NCBI GenBank assembly: GCA_964016885.1
Contig: OZ024751.1
Location: forward strand, 1,550,001 to 1,614,000
Reading direction: 5' to 3'
DNA from: Eledone cirrhosa
Taxonomy: Eukaryota
Length of the DNA: 64,000 nucleotides
The notes below the pieces were generated by a model, which was given only the letters and a program-made list of their open reading frames with translations, made no database searches and was not told the origin of the DNA. A program made the position numbers and the translations under genes. Positions 50,905 through 64,000 of this stretch are shown here, piece by piece. The first letter of the stretch is position 1; every line of letters starts with the position of its first letter.

Positions 50905-52560
50905 CCCGCCAGGGAGGGAACCACCGATTGAAGGTCATGGCAGACAGTCTCCACGGGCTCGCCCAGCGTAGCATGATCCAGGTACCGAACGTTGAGAGGG
51001 GCCGTGATAGTCCGGGCAATGTGGTCTATACCAAGGGCAAACAGGAGGGGCCTAAAGGGTCACTCTGTTGGGCTCCAGTGGCCGAAGGTATGACCATTTC
51101 AGCAGCAAGGAACATGCTCGGGGCTCCATATGACAAGTAGGCCAGTGGGTACGCGGAGGGGGCTCGGCTGAGACAGGCATTGAGCAGATGGTCCCGGCGT
51201 ATGCAGTTTAAGGCATTCCTCATGTCACGCTTGACAATGTGGTGCCTGGAGTCCTTGGATGCCGGTTCCAGTGGACAGCTATTGAGAACTTCCTGGCTGC
51301 ATGTGCGACCCCCTCACAGCCACCGGACACGCCGACACCCAGTTGCACCGGACTGAAGTTCTCATCCAGTTCAGGTGATATGAACCTGCAGACCACCTTA
51401 GCAGCCAGCTTCCGGAAGACATTGCCCACAGCGATGGGGCGTATACCACCCTCTTTCTTCCTGAGAGCGGTCAGGCTAGCCGAAAAAAAGAGGCCTCGAA
51501 CGTGAGGATCCAGGGCGCCAGGGATAAGCCTATTGGTGAGTACCACAATTGCACTCAGAAGGCGGCGCCCGGCCTCAGTGGAGAGGGGGTTAGCAACTCC
51601 TTGAGGTGGCCTTGTCGGTGATAATCAGCACCTCCGCTGCTGCTAGCTGGGAAGGACTTGATGGCAGACATGATGTCTGCGTCGGAAGACACAAGGAGCA
51701 GGTGGGGATCGGGTGGGGGTATGGGTCGGAGATCAGCGGGTGGCTTAGGGTGCTTGAGTCGCAGGGCAGCTAGGACCTCCTCAGTGGGTTGGAGGACAGT
51801 GTCCTCAGAGGCAACCACTCTGACTGCGGCCTTGACATCACCCATGATAAGTTTAACGTTTACGAGGTCACGCAAACGCTTGGCGCTAGCATCAGGGGTG
51901 GAGGATTGGAGGCACGCAAGAGCAGGGTTGTGGCGTCCTTCGGCACGCTTGGAATAGGCGCTTGCCCAAAGGACGAAAAATTGGCCTTGACAAAGGCTGC
52001 TGTCGACAGGCAAGGGTCAGTGGGGCGAAAAAAACGAGGCGCTCCCAGTCGCTGGCTCGATTGGAGTACAGAGCACTCTCGATCGAGGAAGCGAGGGAAT
52101 CAGCTACTGGCACCCGGGCCGCTCTCGGAATCCTGAGCGGAATCTTCCAGAGCCGCCTGAGCCGGGCGATGTTGACCAGCGAGGCTTGGGTTTCAGGCAA
52201 GCTCGCTGTCTCATCTGGTGGAGTGCCAAATGGCCGTGGCTGGGCAGACGAGTGGAAGAGACAGTTTCTGCATCTCCACGCTGCGAGGGCTCTGGAAGCT
52301 CGACGCGTCAAGCCAACACAGTTGAGGTGGTGGAAGCAGCCGCACTCCGAACAGTTCCGGCCCCTCTTCCGTCTGTTCGTGGTACTCCAAGTGCTGCAGA
52401 TGTCGACTGGTGGGGTTGGAGGATGGGGCGTGGAGCCGGAGACTGGGGAATCAAGCGGCATCAGGGGTGAGTGGCTGGTTGTCAGCAGCCTAGGTGCTAG
52501 GCACACTGCACGTGGGTGGAAGTGAAAGTGTTGATATGAGTGAGGCCTCATAGCTCACCT
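50905..52560 (-). mobile_element. CRE-like non-LTR retrotransposon fragment with an N-terminal PHD-like finger, 3'-truncated
   Basis: CSECGCFHHLNCVGL..WRCRNC. RT motifs ALRKKEGGIRPIAVG, QLGVG..GGCE, DMRNALN, GAQQSDPLGP, YLDH. Confidence 0.8.
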
Positions 52561-53198
52561 ACATCAGATATGGAGGCGACAAAAGACAAGAATATTTATT
52601 GCCGTTTGTTTAAAGCAAATCATGTAGATAAATATATTATTAGTTCTGATTTTTTAATACTGCTCCCTATTAGTCAGCATATATAATGCTTCACACTTGG
52701 AAGAATCATTAGGTATGTTGTCAGGGAAAAGAGCATGACCAAAAAAATAAATTTAGATTATATTTATTTATTTATTTTTTGTTGCATAATCAGACCTCTG
52801 AAATTCAAACAAAATGTGGAGCCTATTTTAAAAAGCATAAATAAAATAAAATAAAATAAAATAAAATAAATAAATTTACCATTGGTTTATGAATGAATAA
52901 AGAACTTACTTACTCCTCTCTCTCTTATCCCCTTTCTCTATTTCTCTACAGAATGAAGAACAAAAAACAAACAAACAAATAAGTTGTTGCCTCGTTTCGG
53001 AGGACTGGGTTGTGGGAGGAGGAACGGGAGTAGTAAGAGGGGGGTTTAATATCCCCAGGGGTTCCATTATTGATTTTTATTGAAATCTAATTAGTCAGTC
53101 TTGTTCCTGAATATTAGCTTGACATGTGTGTAAAGTATTATCAGGATCGGATCACTGGTTTAGACGGCAACTGGTTACACACAGACAGACAGAAATTG

Positions 53199-53280
<82 letters not shown>

Positions 53281-53423
53281 TATATTATATATATATAATA
53301 TACATATACTATATAAATATATATATATATAGTTCGGAATAACAGAAAACAAAAAACACAAACGCAGTAGTAAATGTTACAAATATTATTAGTTTCACGC
53401 ATGGTGAGAGTGGTTGTGTGTGG

Positions 53424-53459
53424 TTGCGACGTTTCGGGCATAAGCCCTTCATCAGTAGA
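53424..53459 (-). ncRNA. Minimal hammerhead core with unpaired stem I
   Basis: CTGATGA-a-GGGC(ttat)GCCC-GAAAC-GTC. The flanks CTA/GCA do not pair. Confidence 0.45.
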
Positions 53460-53924
53460 GTGGGGGAGGAACTCCGAGAAGGAATGAGGGGGAGTTAAAA
53501 ACGGTACTAAATATGTTGGTCGAGTGTAGGCATCTTTATGTAATCAGAAATGACTTCTACAGGACTAGAACTGTTTCATTGCTCTGTGTTTATGTCTGTC
53601 CTACTACCCTTTTCTCCCTAAGAAGTTCCTATTTCTCTTCAGACTAATATATAAACACATTGAGCTATTTCTAAGCCGTTTGGCAATTATATATTACCAT
53701 GTATAATTCCCCACATAAATTTGAGTTATATATATTTTTACCTTTGATGTATGTATGTATGTATGTATATATATATATATATAGGAAAATGTGTGAAATT
53801 CTTGGAAAAGAATGACTTCACTTGTAGTTCTATACAAATTAATTTTATGATATTATGATTTAACAATTTGGTTTTGTAGATCTAGTAAGTCCTTCGGTGG
53901 GGAGATTTATATATATATATATAT

Positions 53925-54112
53925 ATAGGAACGAGTAGGACCCCGACGGCTGAGCTCAAGCCGTTTCGACGGCTAATTCGGAATTAGCCGTCGAAAGGGC
54001 TTGAACTCAGCCGTCGGGGTCCTACTCGTTCCTATTACCCACTCTACTACCCTAAGTATTGAGTACTTTGGTGCGTTATCGTCCATCTGGTTCCTTACTA
54101 CATTTCCTTCGC
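53925..54112 (+). mobile_element. Short palindromic PLE pLTR end of the 61304-63768 family, containing only the hammerhead 3' half
   Basis: 53925-53979 is an inverted copy of 53981-54035. The remainder matches 63690-63768. Confidence 0.85.
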
Positions 54113-55087
<975 letters not shown>

Positions 55088-55091
<4 letters not shown>

Positions 55092-55205
55092 TATATATAT
55101 ATGATTATATATGTGATTATATATGATTATATATATGATTATATATATGATTATATATATGATTATATATATGATTATATATGATTATATATATGATTAT
55201 ATATG
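55088..55205. repeat. Minisatellite of GATTATATAT(AT) units derived from (TA)n
   Basis: About 10 tandem units of 10-12 bp. Confidence 0.85.
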
Positions 55206-55877
55206 CTCTGATTATTTAATTTATTAATTCATCATTGAGCCACATCGTGAATGGTTGCCAAAACATATATATCTGTGACTTTGTCTAGTTTGTGTATATG
55301 TAAATATTTATATTTGATAATATCCCTTAAGGTTGAGATGCAATTTGGGCAATATTCGGCTGCGCTTTCTAGCAACCAGCCCACTCGCTGTAAGCCACAA
55401 ATCACATTCTTTCTGACTTGACCACGTCACAGTTCTTACCCATTTTGAATTCGTTTCTGGCGGGGATCATTTAAGAAATATGTTTGTCCAAGTGAGTTTG
55501 TTTCCTGATGAGTTAGAAGCTCGAGAATTTATCCTTGATAGGATATTTCCGAAAGCGAACGAAACCCTAAGGGTAGAAACGTTATCCTGGTATGTCTATA
55601 TGAATTTTTTCTTCTAACTTTAATTTTATACCTAATTGTGTATGGTTGACGGTATATTTAATCGATTTCCACATGATATTGAAATGTTGGGTAAATATTC
55701 TATAGCGGTTGATCGCGAATAGATTGCTGTCGTTTATTTATCTACTATTTCTTCATAGGTGACTTTTAATCTTATAGCCTGGTTTAATTGTTTTTTTTGT
55801 GTGCGGTTGATTTTGTTAATTGGGAGAGTAAATGGTGTATATATATTATCAAATGATTCTATGGACATACTTTATAG

Positions 55878-55879
<2 letters not shown>

Positions 55880-55909
<30 letters not shown>

Positions 55910-58769
55910 AGTTGCGCGTTGTTTGTTTGTTTGGTGTCCCGAACTTGCAGGCTACACCGTTCATCCGATTTTCATGAAACTTGACACATATATAAAACTC
56001 AACCCTTAGATTGGAGTAGGCTACTTTAAATTTTCAAAAAATCGATAATCGACGCAAGTGTGTATTTTGATCCGGGGATGAACGTGGGCTACATTAAATT
56101 TTCGATAATCGGACCCCCAGAGGCAAATCGATATTTTCAGAATTCGTCCGATTTCAATGAAATTTGATATTACCACAATAATAGATCCATTAGGAGTTAC
56201 TCCAAGGCTGAAAAAATTCAGAAAGTTTTTTTAAACTCATAAATCATGCGTTAAATAAGACCTTTAAGAGTTAGGGCAGACAATTATTTATAGTTTAATT
56301 ATCAATGGCGCAATATTATGGAAATATGCAAATCTACGCCTTTCTTTATGGGAAAATGCAAGGCTTTACAAACAGATATTCAGGGTTCTTTGTGTAGAAT
56401 TCTTAATTCTTAAATAATTGTACAGTCAACAAAATATATGACAGAATTTTTTTCATATTTTTTTCAAAAATCTTTCGATTTCAATGAAATTTAATGTGTA
56501 TTTATTCGAACACAAGCACTTTTAGTTTACACCTGGCGCAATCAAAATCAATTTCATATGCCCATATAAGCACGCACACACTGTGACTCACGTGCGTTAT
56601 TGATTGGACGGCCTGTCTATACGACGAGCAGTATGTTTTCTCAACGATAGATACACAAACAGGTATGCACGCACGTGCGAATCGCCTTTTTCTCTTTGTG
56701 TTTATCCGCTTTTTGTGAACAACAATAAATCCGGCCGTCTCACTAAACGGACCTTTACAGAATTTGCCTACTTACTTATCGGTGAGTTAGTGCTTATTTA
56801 TTTAGACTACTTGCATGCCATTTCAGTTAAATTTAATTCATTTTTCGCCTTCCTTAAATTAAAAAATCCCCATTGGGACTAGGGGATTGTCGACATCTTA
56901 GCGTTAAACTTTTCATATTCTTCCTTATTCAAGTGCAAATACAGTATTATCCCTATCTGAAAGGAAACCAAATTTAATGGTGTCTTTTGTGATGTCAAAA
57001 GCTAAAAGCGGTGAGTAAATTTTCAAACAGACTTAAATAATCATGCTTTTTGAAAAAAAATACTAAATAATACTTTGACCAAGTTGTATTGGACACATAC
57101 AAAGTTATAAAAAATGTTACCTCCGTACCAATTTTTTCCTTTTTTAAACAAAAGGTTCTAAAAAATTACTTAATTCATAACACTACTGTCACAGCCTTTT
57201 GCACAGGAAGTGAGTAAGTTTTCGGGTTTTTAAACGTAAGTTCACCAGGGTTTGTGTCTTTTTCATTATTAGCCCACATCTAATGGCATTTTTTGTTCTG
57301 TTTACGACTAAATGTTATGAGCGTATTTGCAAATTGCTATTGTTCTTTAATTTTTTAATTAGTTGTCATAGACCATCTGCATGCAGTGCAATTGATTGCG
57401 CACACGTACACACCTGCATGCAGATAAGCACTGACAGCTAATAAAAATCGATAATTTGCTTATTAAGACATCGGTCAAAAAGAGAGATTGAATGTACTTT
57501 AAAATTTTTGAATATATTGTTCTTTTTGGCATGATATGTCCGAAATATAGCTACTATTCACTTTGGTTATTTTTTGTAACTAAGAAACAGTTCCTTTTGG
57601 GTGGATAATAGCTATATTCACCAGTAACCATGCTAGCGAATCTGGTGTCACCTCTCTCTGTACTTAATCACCCCTATCTAACCTAACAGCTTCGTTACAC
57701 GTCGTTATGACCACACGGAAAAGTTCAAGACTTACCTCCAAAAAAGATACAGCTACTGCTTTGAGACGACGAATTAGGCGTTCTCAGGTATGCGTTCATT
57801 CACAATTTGTTAATCATTTATGCAATATTCTCCCTTAATGTTAACAAATACTGCGTTTATCCTAACTGTTACCACTTTTAAGCAACTACAACATTCTAAT
57901 CGTAGTTATATCAAATTTATTGTCTTACCTTGATTCCCGTTTGTTCATATTACACTTTTCTCATTTACTATTGGCAGAGTTCCTTTGGCTTAGCTAACCA
58001 ATAGCATTAATTAACTTTCTCTAGGAAACACCTGCTGAACGCGAATCTCGACTCGCTGATAGACGTCTTTCCCGGCTGGTTGAGTCACCAACATCCCGTA
58101 CGTCAAGGCTTGCTGATGTTCTCCTTCCTCACCAACAAGCGCTGGCGGAGGATTCAGCAACATCCCGTACTACGCGGCTTGCTGGCGTTCGCCTTCGTCG
58201 CCAACAAGAGCTTGCAGAGGATTCACCAACATCCGGTCAGACGAGGCTTGCTGGGGTTCGCGTTCATCGCCAAAAAGCGCTTGCAGAGGAGTCCACGGCA
58301 GACAGAGACAACAGGCTTGCTGCTAAGCTTTCCCGGCATACATTAGCTACTGCTGCCAAGAGCTCAGGCTGGGTAAAAGCAGCCTTCAGATATAACCCCT
58401 CTGAGGATTACGGACTTCTGCCTACAGTTTCCATTGGTAAAATGGATAATGTCTGTACATCCTGCAAGGCAATGAAGTGGCCAGGCGAGGCGCCTTCTAT
58501 GTGCTGTGCAGGAGGTAAGGTGCAACTAGAGGCATTGGCTGACCCGCCAAACGTTCTTCTGAATCTACTTACAGATGACGACACTACGGCTACAATGTTC
58601 CGCCGTAACATGTGGAAATACAACTCCTGTTTCATGATGACCTCCTTTGGTGTAGACAATAACAACAACAGCAACGTTGCACCTGTGATGCGCGGGAAGT
58701 AACTTTCACACATTTTAACAACAGAGCAAAGGTCGACTTACACCCGAGCAACGCCGGGTACTTCTGCTA

Positions 58770-58770
<1 letters not shown>
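55880..58770 (+). mobile_element. Internally deleted Helitron
   Basis: 5' (TA)n-AAAC..GTTTGTTTGT..CCGATTTTCATGAAACTT. RepHel N-terminal zinc finger present. 3' hairpin ACCCG(agcaacgc)CGGGT followed by CTAG|T. 5' TC not resolved. Confidence 0.85.
57707..58702 (+). CDS. Predicted two-exon ORF (57707-57787 and 58025-58702, ~252 aa): Helitron RepHel N-terminus with 23-aa repeats and zinc finger
   Basis: Phase-0 intron CAG|GTATGC..CTTTCTCTAG|GAA. Open frame through FRYNP..IGKM..CTSCKAMKWPGE..CCAGGKV..YNSCFMMTSFG. Confidence 0.6.
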
Positions 58771-58825
<55 letters not shown>

Positions 58826-59016
58826 TCAGAGCAAACAGCACGGACACTCTATCTCAAAATTATTTTTGAAAAGCATTTAGAAATGCGCAACCGGTAAAAA
58901 CTTAAAAACTTAAAACCACAACTGAATACTAACCCATACAATCACTAATACTCTTTTATTCCTAATTAAACCATTTTTCAACTGTGAACAATTTGTCAGC
59001 ATTTTCTATTCGTTTA

Positions 59017-59092
<76 letters not shown>

Positions 59093-59197
59093 CATACATA
59101 TGTATATAGGTATGTGTGTGTGTGTATATATAAACATATTCATATGTGCACATATTTATATATCTATATACACACACACACATATATAAACGCACAC

Positions 59198-60660
59198 ACG
59201 GAGCAGAGATGGATGGAGCACGTCCGGGTGACGCTGAAACAACCAAATCCGGTCGCCCTGATAGACTTGACCGCAGAGACTCCAGCAACCACTGAGGTAC
59301 TCAAAGTCTGCGAGGACCATATCACCAAGCAAGAGACGATTAGCCACTTGAGGAACGGCAAAGCAGGCGGACTGGATGAGATCTCTGCAGAGCTGCTCAA
59401 ATTCGGTGAGGAGAACACGATAACGGCGTTGACAGACTTGATGAACCACTGCTGGAGGGTTGATCAGGTTCCCCTTGAGTGGCAGCGCGGTGTCATCGTC
59501 AAACTGCCGAAGTAGGGAAACCTGGCAGACCGCAACAACTGGCGTGGTATCACATTGCTGTCAGTCCCAGGCAAGGCGTTCTGCACTGTGCTGCTGCATT
59601 GACTCCCGCAGGCTGTCAACTCTGTGCTCCAGGAGCAACAAGCCGGCTTCCGAAAAAATCGATCTTGCACGGAACAGATCTTTACACTACGCAACATTCT
59701 CGAACAATGCGTTGAGCTACAGCAGCTTTAGCGGTTTATTTTATTGATTTCCAGAAGGCATTCGATAGTGTACACCGGGAGTTGCTGTGGAATGTTACAC
59801 AACTGTACAGCATTCCTGCAAGATTCATCGCTATGTCCAAGGCCCTGTATGAAAACTCCAGCTGCTGCGTGCGGACTGAGTCCGGTGTGACGGAGTTCTT
59901 TAACATTGTCTCCGGAGTCAGACAGGGTTGCATTCTCTCTCCACTGTTGTTCTTGCTGGCAGCCGATTTCGTACTAAGGCGAATAGTTTAAGGGCCCAGT
60001 CGAGTAATACCATGGAGAGGGCAGTCGAGGCTGAGGGACCTGGCATTCGCCGACAACAACGCTTTGATCGCTGAAAACAGTGCTGATCTGCAGGCCCTAA
60101 CAACATCCCTACAAGAGAGTGCTGAAAAAAGATCGGCCTGAGAATCAACACCAAAAAGACCAAGGTCATGATAACGGCCAGCAACACAGGTCCAGTGATC
60201 AGAGTCAACCAATAGGACCTCGAGGAAGTCGATCACTTTACCTAACTGGGCAGCATCCTGACAATCAGCGGCGACGCGGAGCTCGACATCAACTGTCTGA
60301 TCGGCAAAGAAGCCGCAGTTTTCCAGCGGCTGTGCCCAGTCTGGTCGTCTTCATGCATTAGCACCAAGACCAAGCTCCAGCCGTACAAGAGCATCGTGTT
60401 GCCGACAGTGCTTTATGCGAGCGAGACCTGGAAGAGTACGGCAAAAATAGAGAGACGGCTGAACGATTTCCATCAGCGGTGCCTGTGAAAGATCCTTCGT
60501 GTGTCCTGGCGCGACCGAGTGCGAAACGAGGAGAGCCGAGTCGTGGAATCTACAGAGAGTGTTCACGGAGCGTCGGTGCCGTCTGGCTGGCAATATTCTG
60601 CGTCTGCCAAATGAGCGGCATTCGAAAACAGCGATGAACTGGACTCCGCCTGGCGGTAAA
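59198..60660 (+). mobile_element. RTE-clade LINE RT fragment, degenerate
   Basis: GKAGGLDEI, NWRGITLLS, QAGFR, IDFQKAFDS, GVRQGCILSP, DLAFADN, LYASETW, with stops and frameshifts. Confidence 0.88.
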
Positions 60661-61012
60661 CTCTAAACATAAGTTTAACGTTCCAATTTTCTATTCACAC
60701 ATTATACCATACAGACACCCACTATATGCCTCTGTTAAGATATAGGTTCTTTGGAAAAACATTTTTCGCGGCAATTTCTAGCTTGATTGTAGCATGACTT
60801 TAACGCTGACTTTTCTTCTTTCTTCTCTTTGACGGGAAGGTAGTAGTACATTATAAGCTTTCGCCCCCTCACCAGATGGTCATAAGTAGACCGAATAGCC
60901 AACACTTGAGGGCGACCGACTAAGGTAGAAGATGCTAGATGGTCGGTCGTCCTCTTGTTTATGATTTTGAGCCCATGGATTTTGTCTGTTATATTCCTTT
61001 GTTATATTTCGA

Positions 61013-61070
61013 ATACCTGATGATATCACCGGATTCATACGGAACCCGGTCATTGAAATGATCATAGTAT
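61013..61070 (+). ncRNA. Type I hammerhead ribozyme
   Basis: ATAC-CTGATGA-tATcACCGG..CCGGTcATt-GAAATGATCA-TA-GTAT. Palindromic stem III ATGATCAT, AUA site. Confidence 0.75.
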
Positions 61071-61258
61071 AATAAACCTTTCAAAGATTTACACAAGTCC
61101 AGCCTCCTGCTATTTTATTATAATAATTAACTCTGTACTCGCACAACCAACTACACAAACGAAGACGGGTGAGCTGCATTACGTTGAGTACTCTCCATAA
61201 TATTACATCGAGATTGACCATACGGAATGACCAATTCTATCCAGTGGTGAACCACAAA

Positions 61259-61308
<50 letters not shown>

Positions 61309-61318
61309 AACAAGTAAG

Positions 61319-61412
61319 ACCCCGACGGCTGAGCGCAAGCCGTTTCGACGGCTAATTCTGGACTGAATGAAAATTTATTCTGGTATTTAAATAGCCGAGC
61401 TTATCAAGGGGT
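61319..61412 (-). ncRNA. Hammerhead with U3-A8 core (inverted copy)
   Basis: Reverse complement of 63582-63675 with one loop III change. TTATCAA at 61401-61407. Confidence 0.75.
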
Positions 61413-63581
61413 AATTCCATATATGGTCAAAGAGATAATCACCAGGATTGGTCACATCACAAGTTAGTAGTAAATCTGTGATGGCAAATTGGTAGGGGAA
61501 GGGGTAGCTGAACTTGCCGGTAGGAGAAAAAGGGAGAGGGGGTGGAGTAGACCCATTCATGCGTTGGTAGTGCCGGCTACAGCTGGGTGTGAGGTCAAAG
61601 AAGATACTGGGGAGGGGGAGGGGGAGGAAGTCGAAACGGTAAGTAGAACAATGATGGGTAAAACTATAAAAAGTACTGAGAGAGAAAAAAAAAATAAGCA
61701 AAGTCTGGTTACTAAGACTTAAGTCTCTCGCTATTGCTAGGCTAAAGAAATACATAAATAAATAAATAAATAAATAAATAAGTGAATAAAATAACTTCGC
61801 ACAAAACATCGTCTCCTCCAACAACAAAAAACTCAACCCCGATGGAAGAAACAACCTAAATAGCAGTGGAGAGCCGACCAGGAGGTGCAACTGTCCTGAT
61901 AGATCCAGTTGCCCCCTCGACAACAGATGCAGAGACCGTAATGTGATCTACCAGTGCAACGTGAGCACGGACACCTCCAACAAAGCTTATATAGGATTAA
62001 CCGCATGTGACTTCAAGACCCGGCTATACCAACACAGACATACCTTCCGAAACCCGGCCCGGCGTCACGCCACTACACTTTCGGCCCACATATGGGACCT
62101 CAAGGACAACAACATCAACTATGATCTCACTTGGAAATTACTGTCCAGAGCCAACTCTTACACGGGAGGACGCCGTCCGTGCAATTTATGCTCGGAGGAA
62201 ACTTTACAAATGTTGTTTTCGACGGACCAACTCCTAAACAAGAAAGATGAACTGGTTACTGCATGTCAACACCGATTACGTAGGACTTACCTCGCCCTCA
62301 AACCCCATAATGACCCGGGGAGTAGACTAGGGCTATAACACCCCACTTGCCTATTTTGTAAGGGGTAACCCCTGCTTGCCAATGGAGACGTAAGATCTTC
62401 TTTTACTTTTTTTATCGCTTCCTCTATATTTCCTCCTTCCCCTCATCCCTCCCTAGTCCTTCTACCCCAGTTCCCTTTCTTTGTCGTCGTCTTTTTCTCG
62501 CCCACCCGAGGTAGCCCCTCGGTCCCTTGTAGCTTCAGCACCACCACCCCCTCCCCTATTCTATGATAGATTTGGCTGACTCCGCTTTTTATAGCAGAGG
62601 TGTTAGACCTCGGATACTTGCCCCCTTCTCCGACCGCTGTCCCTTTTTTCCGTACCTTCTATATTTCTTAGTGGCATCTTTGCTTTAATTTCTCGTTTAT
62701 CCAGTATTTCTTTCCTCTTTTTCCCTTTTTCTTGGGGGGGGGGGGGGGGTCTGTATTCATTTTCCGTTCTTTACTTTTACTTCGTACGATCTTTCATGTA
62801 GCTTGTATAAGACTTTTTGTTTCGTGGCGGTACCCTTAGAGTTAGCACGAGTATTTTTTGCGGGACCCTGAATGATATTCTCGTACTAGTTTACTTTCTT
62901 GCTCTGGGTGGTTGCTGGCCATGTGATTGGGGTAGAAACCTTTATTATTTCGTGGTAGTCTCTTTAGTATTTTGCCCCCCTTTGTTGATCCGTCACCGTA
63001 CGATACACGCACTTATACCCCGTATAAGGGTCCCTTTATTTCCGTCCCACCTAGTTTATTTTTATTTATTTTTTATTCTTCATTATGACTTTGCCTTTCA
63101 TCCTTACGGGGTCGATAAAATAAAGTACCAGTGAGGCACTGGGTAGTTGCTGGCCTTGTGCCTAAAGTAGAAACAATTATATATATATATTTTTTTTTTT
63201 TTTATTTATCCATTCTTTTATTCACTTATTTATTTATTTATGTATTTCTTTAGCCTAGCAATAGCGAGAGACTTAAGTCTTAGTAACCAGACTTTGTTTA
63301 TTTTTTTTTCTCTCTCAGTACTTTTTATAGTTTTACCCATCATTGTTCTACTTACCGTTTCGACTTCCTCCCCCTCCCCCTCCCCAGTATCTTCTTTGAC
63401 CTCACACCCAGCTGTAGCCGGCACTACCAACGCATGAATGGGTCTACTCCACCCCGTCTCCCTTTTTCTCCTACCGGCAGGTTCAGCTACCCCTTCCCCT
63501 ACCAATTTGCCATCACAGATTTACTACTAACTTGTGATGTGACCAATCCTGGTGATTAACTCTTTAACCATATATGGAATT

Positions 63582-63675
63582 ACCCCTTGATAAGCTCGGC
63601 TATTTAAATACCAGAATAAATTTTCATTCAGTCCAGAATTAGCCGTCGAAACGGCTTGAGCTCAGCCGTCGGGGT
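63582..63675 (+). ncRNA. Type I hammerhead with compensatory U3-A8 core (UUGAUAA)
   Basis: ACCCC-TTGATAA-GctCGGCTA(37 nt)TAGCCGtC-GAAACGGCT(tgagctc)AGCCG-TC-GGGGT. GUC site, predicted cut after 63670. Confidence 0.78.
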
Positions 63676-63766
63676 CTTACTTGTTCCTATTATCCACTCT
63701 ACTACCCTAAGTATTAAGTACTTTGGTGCGTTATGGTCCACCTGGTTCCTTACCACATTTCCTTCG

Positions 63767-63807
<41 letters not shown>

Positions 63808-63848
63808 CGAAACATAAGTCAATTGCATGAACTCATAATCCTTTATTT

Positions 63849-63904
63849 ACTGCTATATATATTTCGATGATAACCATTGAATGGCTATGACCTCATCAGG
63901 CAGT
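63849..63904 (-). ncRNA. Type I hammerhead ribozyme
   Basis: ACTGC-CTGATGA-GGTcATAGCCA(ttcaa)TGGTTATcATC-GAAATATATA-TA-GCAGT. AUA site. Confidence 0.8.
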
Positions 63905-64000
63905 TATTCAGTTCTTAGATATGCCAGCTCTGTGTTTATAGTATTGATGGTATCAGAGCCTTGGGACATATGAGCTTGTTAGGAATAATTTAATGTTGTC

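Larger units (their letters stand above)
61304..63768 (+). mobile_element. 5'-truncated Penelope-like element with inverted 5' pLTR (61304-~61790), GIY-YIG remnant (~61800-62338), 3' UTR and pLTR (~63215-63768)
   Basis: CNCPDRSSCPLDNRC, VIYQC..AYIG, CNLC. ~480-bp near-perfect inverted repeats, (TA)n flanks. Partial SINE at 63085-63180. Confidence 0.9.

Noticed and set aside
55505-55530. CTGATGAG..CTCGAGA
   Set aside because: GAAA is absent and stems I and III do not form.

Overview
This is an AT-rich, microsatellite-dense animal genomic window with no recognisable host gene. The tRNA-headed SINEs, RTE LINEs and (TA)n/(TACA)n load suggest an octopus-like mollusc, which is an inference. Almost all of it is nested transposon sequence: R4/Dong-type RLE retrotransposons, RTE LINEs and their bipartite non-autonomous derivatives, many Penelope-like elements (PLEs), L1/Tx1, CR1, CRE-like and Gypsy fragments, two Helitrons, a hAT MITE and SINEs. 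Most short ORFs in the track are microsatellite or antisense artefacts. The main signal the ORF track misses is a set of about 15 type I hammerhead ribozyme (HHR) motifs from roughly 10 sequence families, mostly at PLE pseudo-LTRs. They include a family with a compensatory U3-A8 core (UUGAUAA) and HHRs with very large stem II inserts. There are also non-coding 530-700 nt direct-repeat units that resemble retrozymes. All folds were worked out by eye and none has been tested for activity.
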